The notes beneath the pieces were generated by a model. It worked only from the letters and a program-made list of their open reading frames with translations. It had not been told where the DNA came from and searched no databases. The position numbers were made by a program, and so were the translations under genes. Shown here one piece after another: positions 46,483 to 55,966 of a DNA stretch of 64,000 nucleotides. The first letter of the stretch is position 1. Each line of letters opens with the position of its first letter. This DNA is from Calditrichales bacterium. GTDB lineage: Bacteria; Calditrichota; Calditrichia; Calditrichales; J004. The stretch lies in NCBI GenBank assembly GCA_965267575.1, contig OZ254086.1, forward strand, positions 1,280,001 to 1,344,000, given 5' to 3'.

Positions 46483-47694
46483 TTAAACAAATACTTCGAG
46501 AACAAAAGAAAGCCTGTAATTAGCATCTTTGTAGGTGCTCTGATTGGTTGAGCTCAGGCTCATCTTGTAAATGCTGAAATGTACGCCCTCACCGGAAATC
46601 TGGTTAATCAAAGCCTGGCAAGCGCTTAGGGAACCAACAAACTGGCCTGTTACATGAAACTTCTGAAATTCATTTTGCTTGGTGATATACTGGTTCTCAA
46701 GTCCGCGCAGTTGCGCCCCCCGCGATTGTGATATCGATTTCAGCCAGTCTTCGGCTTCCTTGATCGTGCTGAAACGCAGTTCAGGGTTTTGCGCACTGGC
46801 AGAGGATCCGCCCGCACCTGCCAGGTTTCCTTTAAAGACATTCAGGATGCCGTTGCCGGGCCGGTCGGTGGAAGAAACAACTTCAACAGACATTTTGTCT
46901 TTAATGGCCATATTAAAGCGGGCCAGGTCTGCGCGATCGTCTCCGTAAACTTCAAACAGAAACTCATCACCGTAAATATGCAGAATAGAGAGTCGTGCGG
47001 AATTGTTGTTAAGCAGTGAAAGCACGTTGCCAACAGAGGCCTGGGTCTGCTGCGAGCGGCTGTTCAGGCTTCCCAGGAAAGCCCGCTTTTGCTGCAGAAG
47101 CTGTTGCTGCTGCTGTTGCTCTGCGGTCAGCGCCTGCTCGTCGGTCTGCTCGGTTTGGGCCTGTTGTTCTTCACCGTTGCCAAGAAAGAAATAATCGATG
47201 GCAAAATAGGCCGAAACCAAAACTACGAGGGCGATCGCCGCAATCAGAATGGGCTTGTAGTTCGGGGAATCCTGTTTTTCGTCCTGATACTCTTCGGTTT
47301 CCGGCCCTGGCTGCTTTTCTTCTCTGTGAGTTTCAGGTTCAACTTCTGTAAATGATGGTGCGGCTGTTTTTTCAAAGGTGTCCAGCTCTTCGGAAAAAGA
47401 TTCGTCCTCTTCGTCTTCAAAATCCTCTATTTCAGGCTCAAAGGTCTCTTCTTCATCAGCCAGAAGGTCATCCGGCTCTTCATGCGCTTCATCTTCGGAA
47501 AGCAATTCTTCATCTTCAACGGAGGTTATATCAAGAAGATCTTCGTCCTCTTCAACGGACCGTTTTTCTTCCTGGAATTCTTCCTCTTGCTTAGCGGATT
47601 CCTGATCCTTTTTTTCCTTTTTTTCTTCACGACCGAAGATATCATCATCTTCTTTAAAAATGTCGTCGTCTTCCAGCAGATTATATTTTGCCAT
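46483..47694 (-). CDS. Single-pass membrane protein: acidic disordered N-terminus, TM, poly-Gln linker, periplasmic domain(s), possibly PilN/PilO-like
   Basis: About 140 D/E-rich residues; TM ILIAAIALVVLVSAYFAI; EQQQQQQLLQQK; alternating alpha/beta C-terminus; GGGAGGAG RBS. Confidence 0.7.
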   Translation of the reverse strand: MAKYNLLEDDDIFKEDDDIFGREEKKEKKDQESAKQEEEFQEEKRSVEEDEDLLDITSVEDEELLSEDEAHEEPDDLLADEEETFEPEIEDFEDEEDESFSEELDTFEKTAAPSFTEVEPETHREEKQPGPETEEYQDEKQDSPNYKPILIAAIALVVLVSAYFAIDYFFLGNGEEQQAQTEQTDEQALTAEQQQQQQLLQQKRAFLGSLNSRSQQTQASVGNVLSLLNNNSARLSILHIYGDEFLFEVYGDDRADLARFNMAIKDKMSVEVVSSTDRPGNGILNVFKGNLAGAGGSSASAQNPELRFSTIKEAEDWLKSISQSRGAQLRGLENQYITKQNEFQKFHVTGQFVGSLSACQALINQISGEGVHFSIYKMSLSSTNQSTYKDANYRLSFVLEVFV

Positions 47695-47717
47695 AACTCC
47701 TCCCAGATCGGAATCAA

Positions 47718-48614
47718 TTAAAGGATCGAACCATAGGCTTCGAGATACTTAAAGGCATCTCTTCCGGGAAGCTCATTCAGCCTGGCCTTGCTCACCGGCG
47801 AAGATATCCCGGATACGATCGTATCAAAATCCTTGTTTGTTAGAGCGCTGCCAAATACAATTATATTAATAGTTGGTGTATTTACAAAAGGCAATTGTGC
47901 CGTAAGCTGAGAAATCTGTTTATAGCGCTCACGTGTCAGATCGGAAATATTTTGCAAACGGCTCTTGTCCGCAGTCGGTGCAATTGAATCCACATAGGAT
48001 GAATAATAATTTCCCGAAAAAAAGATGTGGTGTTCCAGGTAATATTCTCCCAGCTTAATCACGATAAAATTATCACCCGGCTTTAGTTCCTTCTCGCGCA
48101 AAAGATAGTTTTCCAGCGAAAAACAGTTTATTAAAATGCCCTGTAATTGCGATTGTGTGTTGTCCGCCATTTCCTTTAAAGTCTTTAACATGCTTTTGCT
48201 AATGGCAACAACCGTTGCTTCCGAAATTGCCTTGTCTCGTTCTATCTGCTTTAAAACCGATACCCTGTACTTGTCTATTTCCTCCGGCAAACTGTGCGAA
48301 AACTCCCATGCTATGTGCTGGCGAATTTCCTCTTTTGTTTCATCCGAGGGATAAATAACGTTTTTAGTGTATGCCTGGTTAAAGGGCAGGGCAACGATAA
48401 TACCGTTTTCCGTGATACCGCTTTCCTGCTTTAAGGCCGAGATGGCGTCCGCTATCTGCCGAATATTTGCTTCGTTAAAAAGCATATCCGGACGGTAGTC
48501 ATCTTTATAAAGATGCTCTTCGGCCTTTACGATATGACAGGACGAATCGTCGGTCTGAGCGTAAACGAGCTGAAATGCGCGGTCTGACAGTGATAAGCTG
48601 ATAACGTGATCCAT
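47718..48614 (-). CDS. PilM/FtsA-like (actin-fold) cytoplasmic protein
   Basis: ISLSLSDRAFQLV, IIVALP..AYTK, I.WE....LP, IVIKLGE, IIVFG follow the PilM secondary-structure pattern; canonical ATP-binding glycines are not evident. Confidence 0.55.
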   Translation of the reverse strand: MDHVISLSLSDRAFQLVYAQTDDSSCHIVKAEEHLYKDDYRPDMLFNEANIRQIADAISALKQESGITENGIIVALPFNQAYTKNVIYPSDETKEEIRQHIAWEFSHSLPEEIDKYRVSVLKQIERDKAISEATVVAISKSMLKTLKEMADNTQSQLQGILINCFSLENYLLREKELKPGDNFIVIKLGEYYLEHHIFFSGNYYSSYVDSIAPTADKSRLQNISDLTRERYKQISQLTAQLPFVNTPTINIIVFGSALTNKDFDTIVSGISSPVSKARLNELPGRDAFKYLEAYGSIL

Positions 48615-48616
48615 AG

Positions 48617-48649
48617 AAAAAATATACGGCCACCCATGGGTGACCGTAT
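48617..48649 (-). terminator. Terminator-like hairpin immediately upstream of the PilM-like start codon
   Basis: Minus strand reads ATACGGTCACC-CATG-GGTGGCCGTAT-ATTTTTT, then CT and the ATG at 48614. Confidence 0.7.
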
Positions 48650-48665
48650 TTCGCTTTAAACAGGC

Positions 48666-50363
48666 TTACTGGTTGTTTTCTTTTTCTTCCCAGCTTTTGG
48701 TGTTTTTATGAACATAGCCCATATTTTGAATGGTCTTTTTAAATACGCCCATTACCGTAATCTTTTTACCTTCTTCGGCAAAACGGAAAGCATCTTCCAG
48801 CTGCGCCTGAAGAGATTTAAATTTTTCTGTTGAAACCGCTCCGGAAGGCTGTTTGATATCAGCCAGCAGCGTTTCCAGCTGCTCTTTTTCCGCATCAAAC
48901 GGCTCTACTCCCCGCGGAAGCCTTCTCAGGTCAGCCAGCAGTCCGTTAAAGTCGGTCAGATCGTTTTGAATACCGGTATGTAATGAATCGATGTTGTCAA
49001 AAAGATTACCGCCATAAAGCTGTTCAAAAATGATAATGGAATTGCGCGCATTTTCAACCGCCTTTTCCAACTCACTGAAACTATTTGAATTATTATAGAC
49101 GTTTACAAAATTGCGCAGGTCGGCAGCCGCAGTATACTCGCTGCTTTGCAGAAACTTATTGATCTTCTCTTCGATCTCTTTGTTTTTCACGGTAATTTCT
49201 ATATTACGGCGCAATTCGCCTTTGATATCCAAACCTTTTTGGTAGATCGCTTCCAGCGTATCGTGATAGGTGAAAAACGCGTTTAAAAAACCGAATCCGG
49301 TTACTTCATCCACAACAGGCTTTACTTTTTCTTTAAGGTCATCCAGCAGTAACGGACTTTCCACTTTTACATCTTTACCGTCCTCATCAATTTCAATCAA
49401 ATACAACTTACCGCTAACAGGGCTGGAGAACTTTTCCTTTGTCAAGGTCAGGATCATGGAATCGCTTTCCGAAAGGCGATACATAGCGCTGCGACTCGTT
49501 ACAATAAAATCGGCCAGAAACTGCTGGTACGTTTTTTCCAGAGATTCTCTTAATTCTTCTGCCCGGGAAAGATCTTCCGTACTGTTAGCCTTCTTGATCG
49601 TTTGCAGGCCGGACGTTACATCTGCAGCAAAATCCTTGATGCGGTCTGCCACACTGGTAAACTGACTTACCTCTGAGTTGTCTACGCGATCATTAAACGC
49701 AGCCAGACGGTTATCCAGTGTTGTCCATTCGCTTTCAAAATTCGTCCAGTTTACCGACGGCAAATAAGGATTGAGATGGGTTACGTTGTCTTTAGCCCGG
49801 GAAGCAGCTGTTTGCAGATTGTAATCTGACAGGTCGCGGCGAAGCTGATGCAGTGAATCCAATGAGTGAACGGCTACGGCCAGATTGGGATAGGCCACGT
49901 CGTTTTCAAACTCTGAAAGCTGGAGACGTAACTCACTGGCTTCATTGAGAATAGATTCATCCGCCCGGAAATATCGCTCGTTTGCTTCCAGGTCGTCTTT
50001 AATGTTATCGATATTTTGATATACCTTCACAAAACCATCTATCGTTGGGATGGAAAGATAATTATCTATTTGATTCATAAGCTGGATCGTGTAGTCGACG
50101 ATTTTTTGATTTTGATGTATGGCGGAATCGTTTTTAACGACCTGCAGCAGAGTATCAATGTCCGTGGTAAAAGAGCCGGTTAAACGGGAAAAATATTTTT
50201 CTGCTTCGTAGATGCTGGACATGTTATATCGGGATTGCTCTTGTTCCAATGCTTCTTCTTCCCAGATACTGTCCGGAATTTTGATTACGGCGATAAGAGC
50301 TCCAATTAAAACTACGATCAATATTTTATATAAAATGGAACCCTTTCCAGAAGACCTAGCCAT
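48666..50363 (-). CDS. Large helical membrane-anchored protein with a type IV pilin-like N-terminus
   Basis: MARSSGKG|SILYKILIVVLIGALIAVIKIP...RYNMSSIYEAEKYF...GSFTTDIDTL; coiled-coil-rich body; GGAGGT RBS. Confidence 0.6.
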   Translation of the reverse strand: MARSSGKGSILYKILIVVLIGALIAVIKIPDSIWEEEALEQEQSRYNMSSIYEAEKYFSRLTGSFTTDIDTLLQVVKNDSAIHQNQKIVDYTIQLMNQIDNYLSIPTIDGFVKVYQNIDNIKDDLEANERYFRADESILNEASELRLQLSEFENDVAYPNLAVAVHSLDSLHQLRRDLSDYNLQTAASRAKDNVTHLNPYLPSVNWTNFESEWTTLDNRLAAFNDRVDNSEVSQFTSVADRIKDFAADVTSGLQTIKKANSTEDLSRAEELRESLEKTYQQFLADFIVTSRSAMYRLSESDSMILTLTKEKFSSPVSGKLYLIEIDEDGKDVKVESPLLLDDLKEKVKPVVDEVTGFGFLNAFFTYHDTLEAIYQKGLDIKGELRRNIEITVKNKEIEEKINKFLQSSEYTAAADLRNFVNVYNNSNSFSELEKAVENARNSIIIFEQLYGGNLFDNIDSLHTGIQNDLTDFNGLLADLRRLPRGVEPFDAEKEQLETLLADIKQPSGAVSTEKFKSLQAQLEDAFRFAEEGKKITVMGVFKKTIQNMGYVHKNTKSWEEKENNQ

Positions 50364-50529
50364 CCTACCTCCAAAAACTTAGGTGTGAGCAAAAAGTGGA
50401 ATCTATATAAAGTATTAGGGAAATTAAATTAACCATTACTTAAATTAATGTCAATTGTTTTGGCGTCTTGTTTTTTGCCGTAAGATATCGAAAATTCAGG
50501 CATTTATAAAGGTTTATGAGGATAAAATT

Positions 50530-52515
50530 GTGAATAAATTAATGCTTTTGACAATCTGTGCTTTTTGCATGATGAACTGTTCAAAAAGTCCTTCCGTTAA
50601 CAAGGAATTTGTAAGCCAAATCAAAGGCCTTGAATATGGCAGAGTGACTTCCCCGGCAAGGTGGGATAAGATTTACAACGAAGCCACCGGTCAGGATCAG
50701 AAGATGCTTATTGCAGAAGCCGCCGGAAAAGTCAAGTCCGACTCGCTTCTTTCTGCTTTTGAAGGTTGGCTCAGGCCTGAAAACAATGATACCTTAAACA
50801 GCGCTCTTCTTTTTGCGATTGGACAAACACAAAGCGCCAGGGCGGAATCACTGCTTCTTGAATTAAGTAAGGGCTTTTCAGATGCTGACGGTCTTAGAAT
50901 GATAATTAGCGGTCTTCGTCAATGCGGCAGCGAAAAATCTTTTCCGCTGTTATATGAACTTGCACAACGCGACCCTTTACGTGACGATGCGCTTGTGGCG
51001 GCCGGTGTATTGTCCCGCAAAAATCCTGTCGATAAAGCCTTTCTTGATATGGTTTCCGATTCCCTTTGGCCATATCATGGTCACTTTTCCACGGCCTATT
51101 TTTTGTATAACAGCCGAGATAAAAAGGACATACCCTTTTTTCTTACAAAAGCCCTCGAAAGTGATTCAGTTGCCAGGCAATACTACATAAAGGCAGCCGC
51201 CGCTAAAATAAACGATCGTTATCAGCTGGCGTCTGCGGTTGACTCCGTAACCTTTTCCGCTTTGCAATCCGGTATGCGCCAATTGCTCAAGTCCAGATCT
51301 TCCTGGATGGAAAAGCTTCACCTGCTTGCTGTTGCGCCGGTGTTCGCGGACAGCACGGATATTCCTGTTTTAAAACGCTTTATGGGCTCCGCCAATCCTC
51401 ACTTAAAGGAAGCCGCTATTTCAGCGTTCTCCAGGACTTTTGGCCCAAAATCCATTCAGGACCTGATACGAATTATGGAGCAGGAGCAAAGCTGGAGCCT
51501 GCATGGCCATATTATTTATCAGATAACACTGCTCGATCCGCGTTTGGGCTACCGCTACATAAACCAAAACCTTGACAAGGGCAGTGAGACATTTAAACAA
51601 AAACTGTTGGAAGCGCTCAGCCTGATCGATGAACCGATCGCCGTGCAAACGCTGAGAAGCTTTCTGAACGTTAATTCCGACCGGCTGGCCTACACTGCTT
51701 TTCGTATCCTGAGTCAGAAAAATATTGTCACCCGTGACGAGGCCCGGCAGCTGCTTATGCGCAATGATTTTGCCCTTGTACATGATGTTTTGCAGTGGCA
51801 CATAGACAAAGGTCTTGACATCCCAAAAGAAAAACTACTAATGCTTTATGCGGATAATGACCGGCAGGATATGCCTGAAATACAGTCACAGGTACTTAAA
51901 ATAATTTCGGATCGCAATATATCTCTTTCAGCTGAAGAAAAATCGTTGCTGGTTAATAACGGTACCTATGCGGTATGTGAAAAAGTAAAGTTACTAACGG
52001 AAGACATGCCCGAAGCCAGCTTATCCTCAACACGTCCTGCTTTTGCAGATGGAGATAGTGTCGCGGCCTTGTTTGGTGAAGATTATTTTGCCAAGATCAA
52101 AACAAGCAAGGGTTCATTTACAATAATTTTTCTTGCCGAAGAGGCGCCGCTTACAGTATTAAGTTTCATTCGCTTAAGTGAAAAAGGGTTTTATAATGGA
52201 TTAACCTTTCACCGGGTGGTGCCCGATTTCGTAGTACAAGGAGGGGATCCCTCGGGTGGGGGCTGGGGCGGACCCGGATATACCATACCTTCGGAAGATA
52301 ATGACGTTCCCTTCATGCGCGGTTCCGTTGGTATCGCAACTGCCGGTTTCGATACAGGCGGCAGCCAGTTTTTTATTTGTCATTCACGGCAGCCGCACTT
52401 GCTGGGCAATTACGCAAATTTTGCGTTTGTGATTGATGGGATGGAAATTGTAGATACTATCGTAAAGGATGATGTAATAGAGGAAATTACAGTTTATCGT
52501 GGCTCCCCTAACTAA
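50530..52515 (+). CDS. HEAT-repeat plus cyclophilin-type peptidyl-prolyl isomerase, probable lipoprotein
   Basis: C-terminal KTSKG, APLTV.SF, FYNGLTFHRVVPDFVVQGGDP.G.GWGGPGY, DTGGSQFFI.H..QPHL; helical repeats; GTG at 50530 after GAGGA (track start 50455). Confidence 0.88.
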   Translation: MNKLMLLTICAFCMMNCSKSPSVNKEFVSQIKGLEYGRVTSPARWDKIYNEATGQDQKMLIAEAAGKVKSDSLLSAFEGWLRPENNDTLNSALLFAIGQTQSARAESLLLELSKGFSDADGLRMIISGLRQCGSEKSFPLLYELAQRDPLRDDALVAAGVLSRKNPVDKAFLDMVSDSLWPYHGHFSTAYFLYNSRDKKDIPFFLTKALESDSVARQYYIKAAAAKINDRYQLASAVDSVTFSALQSGMRQLLKSRSSWMEKLHLLAVAPVFADSTDIPVLKRFMGSANPHLKEAAISAFSRTFGPKSIQDLIRIMEQEQSWSLHGHIIYQITLLDPRLGYRYINQNLDKGSETFKQKLLEALSLIDEPIAVQTLRSFLNVNSDRLAYTAFRILSQKNIVTRDEARQLLMRNDFALVHDVLQWHIDKGLDIPKEKLLMLYADNDRQDMPEIQSQVLKIISDRNISLSAEEKSLLVNNGTYAVCEKVKLLTEDMPEASLSSTRPAFADGDSVAALFGEDYFAKIKTSKGSFTIIFLAEEAPLTVLSFIRLSEKGFYNGLTFHRVVPDFVVQGGDPSGGGWGGPGYTIPSEDNDVPFMRGSVGIATAGFDTGGSQFFICHSRQPHLLGNYANFAFVIDGMEIVDTIVKDDVIEEITVYRGSPN

Positions 52516-52527
52516 AAGGAGGGAAAT

Positions 52528-53286
52528 ATGTGGCGGGTGTTCTTTTTTTCTTTTTTGATTGTCGCCTTTTCAAAGGCACAGCTTGTTGAAGAATCTGTCG
52601 ATTATTATATGGCTGAGGGGGATTCTGCATATGCCAATTTCGAAAATGAGGAGGCGCTTGAGAATTATCTTAAGGTCATCGAGCTTGATGCGGATAATTA
52701 TGATGCCCACTGGAAAGCGTCCCGGGCTTATCTTGACATAGGTGAAATTCTGACCGGAGAGAAACGGCCTGAATATTACAAAAAGGGAGAGGAGCACGCG
52801 CGGCGGGCCATCGAGATACAGCCTGAAGGCAGTATGGGTCACTTGTTTTTGAGCGTGGCGCTTGGCCGCGTTGCGCTGGATGCCAGTGCCAAGGAGCGCA
52901 TTCGCATGTCCAAGGAAATAAAAAAAGAGGTGGATCTTGCCATTCAGTACGATCCGCGTAATGACATAGCCTACCACGTGCTCGGACGCTGGCACAGAAA
53001 AATAGCTAATCTCAGCTGGATTGAAAAGGGCTTTGCCAACATGTTTTTAGGTGGCGTCCCGGAAGAGGCCTCCAACGAAAGGGCCGTTGAAAACTTCAAA
53101 AAAGCGATTGAATTAAATCCCATGCATATAAATCACCATCTGGAATTGGGAATTACTTACATGTCTATGGGTAATGATAATGAGGCAATTATAGCGTTTA
53201 AAAAAGTTCTGGATCTGCCCCAAAGTGATGCTGATGATTTAAAATACAAGGCTGAAGCCAGCGAGTACCTGGAGGATTTACAGTAG
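52528..53286 (+). CDS. Secreted TPR protein (RMDN-like)
   Basis: Signal peptide; TPR helices; AYHVLGRWH and HHLELG motifs; AGGAGG RBS. Confidence 0.8.
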   Translation: MWRVFFFSFLIVAFSKAQLVEESVDYYMAEGDSAYANFENEEALENYLKVIELDADNYDAHWKASRAYLDIGEILTGEKRPEYYKKGEEHARRAIEIQPEGSMGHLFLSVALGRVALDASAKERIRMSKEIKKEVDLAIQYDPRNDIAYHVLGRWHRKIANLSWIEKGFANMFLGGVPEEASNERAVENFKKAIELNPMHINHHLELGITYMSMGNDNEAIIAFKKVLDLPQSDADDLKYKAEASEYLEDLQ

Positions 53287-54486
53287 TTGCAGCGCATTTT
53301 TACCAAATATTCCGCAAACTTTAAAGGCATTTTATTTTTGCTGGCTTTATCGCTTATTGTGGGCGCGCTCTGGTACACACAGCAACTGGTAAATACATTA
53401 AAGGAAAAGTCGACTGAGTACATCAGTTTTCGGATAAAGGTGTTCGAAGAGAATATCAATAATCCCAATGCCGACATTGATGTCGGCTTTTTTTTTAATG
53501 AGGTTATACGTGGTTCGGACTATCCCATTATTTACACGGATACGGAAGGAAGGCCGCAGAGCTGGGTAAATATTTCTGCGCACCTGGATACGGTGACCAT
53601 TTTATCGCGCGAAGATTCTATTTTGCTAAGCAGCCGGTTGAATAAAATGAAGGTGGAAAACGAACCGCTTCCGATTACTTACCAGGGATCCGTTCTGGGT
53701 TATTATTATTATGGCCTTTCCCCTGAAATTTACCAGCTAAAGAATCTGCCCTTTATTGCCATTGGCGCCGGAATTGTTTTTGTTTTGATTGCTTATCTGG
53801 GTTTCGCTTATATCAAGAAAAGCGAGCAGCGCAATATATGGGTTGGCATGGCCAAGGAAACGGCCCATCAGCTTGGCACACCGCTTAGTTCACTTTCAGG
53901 GTGGATTGAGCTTCTGCGTGAAAGCAATCCTGAGGACGGCCATTTGGTTGACGAAATGGCCAATGACCTGAAACGGCTTAACAAAATTGCCACGCGGTTC
54001 AGCAAAATTGGCTCCAAACCTAACCTGGACAGGGTCAATTTAGAGGAAGTAATAAAGGACGTTACCGTTTATTTCGGAAAGAGGCTGCCTCATATTCAGA
54101 AACAGGTTGGCATAGAATTATCATGTCCGCCGAATCTCATGGTTCTGCTCAACCGCGATCTTTTTGAATGGGTGCTGGAAAACATGCTCAAAAACGCCAT
54201 TGATGCAATCGAAAAAAAGAAAGGGAAAATAAAAATTACGGCTGGCCCGGAAGAACGTAACGATTTGGTGGCTATAGACATCAAAGACAATGGCAAGGGA
54301 ATGAATACTACTGAAAAGAAGAACATTTTCAAACCCGGCTATAGCACTAAAACGAGGGGTTGGGGTCTCGGGTTAAGCCTTGCCAAAAGGATTATTGAAG
54401 AGTATCATGACGGTAAGTTATTGCTTAAGGAGACCCGGCCGGGAAATGGAACGACTTTCCGTATCCTTCTTAAAATGCCGAAATGA
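53287..54486 (+). CDS. Membrane sensor histidine kinase
   Basis: Two TMs; H-box GMAKETAHQLGTPLSSL; ENMLKNAIDA; DNGKG; FKPGYSTK; GWGLGLSL. Confidence 0.93.
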   Translation: MQRIFTKYSANFKGILFLLALSLIVGALWYTQQLVNTLKEKSTEYISFRIKVFEENINNPNADIDVGFFFNEVIRGSDYPIIYTDTEGRPQSWVNISAHLDTVTILSREDSILLSSRLNKMKVENEPLPITYQGSVLGYYYYGLSPEIYQLKNLPFIAIGAGIVFVLIAYLGFAYIKKSEQRNIWVGMAKETAHQLGTPLSSLSGWIELLRESNPEDGHLVDEMANDLKRLNKIATRFSKIGSKPNLDRVNLEEVIKDVTVYFGKRLPHIQKQVGIELSCPPNLMVLLNRDLFEWVLENMLKNAIDAIEKKKGKIKITAGPEERNDLVAIDIKDNGKGMNTTEKKNIFKPGYSTKTRGWGLGLSLAKRIIEEYHDGKLLLKETRPGNGTTFRILLKMPK

Positions 54487-55097
54487 AAACATCCGGAGAT
54501 AAAATGAAAAGAGCGACTTTTACTCGTCAAAAAGAATTTTCAGAACTGGCAGAACCGCATCTTTCGTCTTTGTACAGCACGGCCATGCGCATGACCCGCA
54601 ACAATCAGGATGCTGAAGATCTTGTACAGGATACGCTCTATAAAGCATATCGCGCGCTTAACCAGTTTCAGAAAAATACCAATTTCAGGGCCTGGATTTT
54701 CAAAATCCTTGTAAACACCTTTATTACCGGATACCGTAAAGCCGTCAAGCAGCCTAAAAAGGTGAGCTATGAGGATATTCATGAGTTCATTTTGTATAAG
54801 GGCGCCAAAATCGATGAAAGCCTGCTCTCTGATGACAGCAAAGTGGATATCATAAACCACTATTTTGATGACGAAATAAAGGAGGCACTTGAAAATCTTC
54901 CTTATCAGTTCAGGCTGGTCGTGCTGCTTTGTGACATTGAAGGGTTTTCCTATAACGAAATAGCACACATCATCGATGTGCCTCTTGGAACGGTTATGTC
55001 CCGGCTTTACAGGGGACGCCGTTTACTGCAACGAACGCTGTGGGATTACGCCAAAGAAAAAGGGTACGTCGGAGAACATACTCGGGTAAAAAAATAG
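54483..55097 (+). CDS. ECF sigma-70 factor (SigR/SigH-like)
   Basis: LYSTAMRMTRN..DAEDLVQDT, TNFRAW..IL.NTFI, AL..LP..FR.VV.L.D.EGFSY.EIA....PLGTVMSRL.RGR; alternative start at 54504 after GGAG. Confidence 0.94.
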   Translation: MKTSGDKMKRATFTRQKEFSELAEPHLSSLYSTAMRMTRNNQDAEDLVQDTLYKAYRALNQFQKNTNFRAWIFKILVNTFITGYRKAVKQPKKVSYEDIHEFILYKGAKIDESLLSDDSKVDIINHYFDDEIKEALENLPYQFRLVVLLCDIEGFSYNEIAHIIDVPLGTVMSRLYRGRRLLQRTLWDYAKEKGYVGEHTRVKK

Positions 55098-55099
55098 AC

Positions 55100-55894
55100 C
55101 TAGTTATTTATCAATTGTAAGGAGCGGTTGAATAAATAATTCCTGAATTTTACAGCGTCAAAATAGGTTACGCCGGGTGTCTTTGATTGCTGCACGGTAA
55201 TCAGAAAGGTATCCGGCACCCAAACCCCGTTTATCTCGCGGTTTGTAATCTTTATAATCAATCCCGTTTCAATCTCACCATTTACACGCATCTGCACTTC
55301 CCACCCTTCGCACAACCATTTGGATTTAACAACTTTAAAAGAAGGGTATGTTTCAACGATTGTATTTTTTGCGGGCTGAAACGTTTCTACTTTCAGCAGG
55401 AGCCCGTTCAGCCCAAAGAAATATTTGTAATGGCTGGTATCGTCTTCCGTTGTTGTGGTAAAACGAACTTCAACAATTTGCTCCATTGGCCGGATTGTGT
55501 AATCGTCTTCAATCACATTATAAACGCCATCGAGGTAGAAGCGCTTAAGGTCCCATATCAGACCCGTAATCTGGCTTTTCATATCCGATATCAGTTCCTG
55601 TTGCCGCGAAATATCTGCGGAATCCTTTAAAGCCGGAGTTCCCTGCTCGGTAAGAAATAACCGTCCGTTAGACAACCAGATAAACTGCAGGGGAAATGTC
55701 TCGCGATTGTCCCATTGCTCGCTGGCAAAAGTTTCAAATCGGGAATTGGTAACCAGGGCCGTAAAATTATTGATGCCGCTCTGACTCATCGAGTAATAAG
55801 ATTTCTGCAGCGCGTTAAAAAAACTCTTTTCGTCAAACTCCTGCGCCGGTAAAAGCGCCAGGCTTAGCAAAAGAAAAAAAATCACGTTTTTCAC
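55100..55894 (-). CDS. Hypothetical exported beta-rich protein
   Basis: 264-aa ORF with a signal peptide and GGAG RBS; no family recognised. Confidence 0.7.
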   Translation of the reverse strand: MKNVIFFLLLSLALLPAQEFDEKSFFNALQKSYYSMSQSGINNFTALVTNSRFETFASEQWDNRETFPLQFIWLSNGRLFLTEQGTPALKDSADISRQQELISDMKSQITGLIWDLKRFYLDGVYNVIEDDYTIRPMEQIVEVRFTTTTEDDTSHYKYFFGLNGLLLKVETFQPAKNTIVETYPSFKVVKSKWLCEGWEVQMRVNGEIETGLIIKITNREINGVWVPDTFLITVQQSKTPGVTYFDAVKFRNYLFNRSLQLINN

Positions 55895-55966
55895 AACGGT
55901 ACTCCAGCATTTGAAAAGATTTAGTCTATTGTTTAGCTTTAGAATTCAATAAAATGTTTAAAACTT

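Noticed and set aside
47101-47118. CAG/CAA run as a phase-variable repeat
   Set aside because: It is short, in-frame and of mixed codons; it encodes poly-Gln rather than acting as a slippage switch
50528-50545. TTGTGAA half-site suggesting a Rex operator; similar half-sites near 10652, 27983 and 55890
   Set aside because: Only one arm of TTGTGAA-N4-TTCACAA is present in each case
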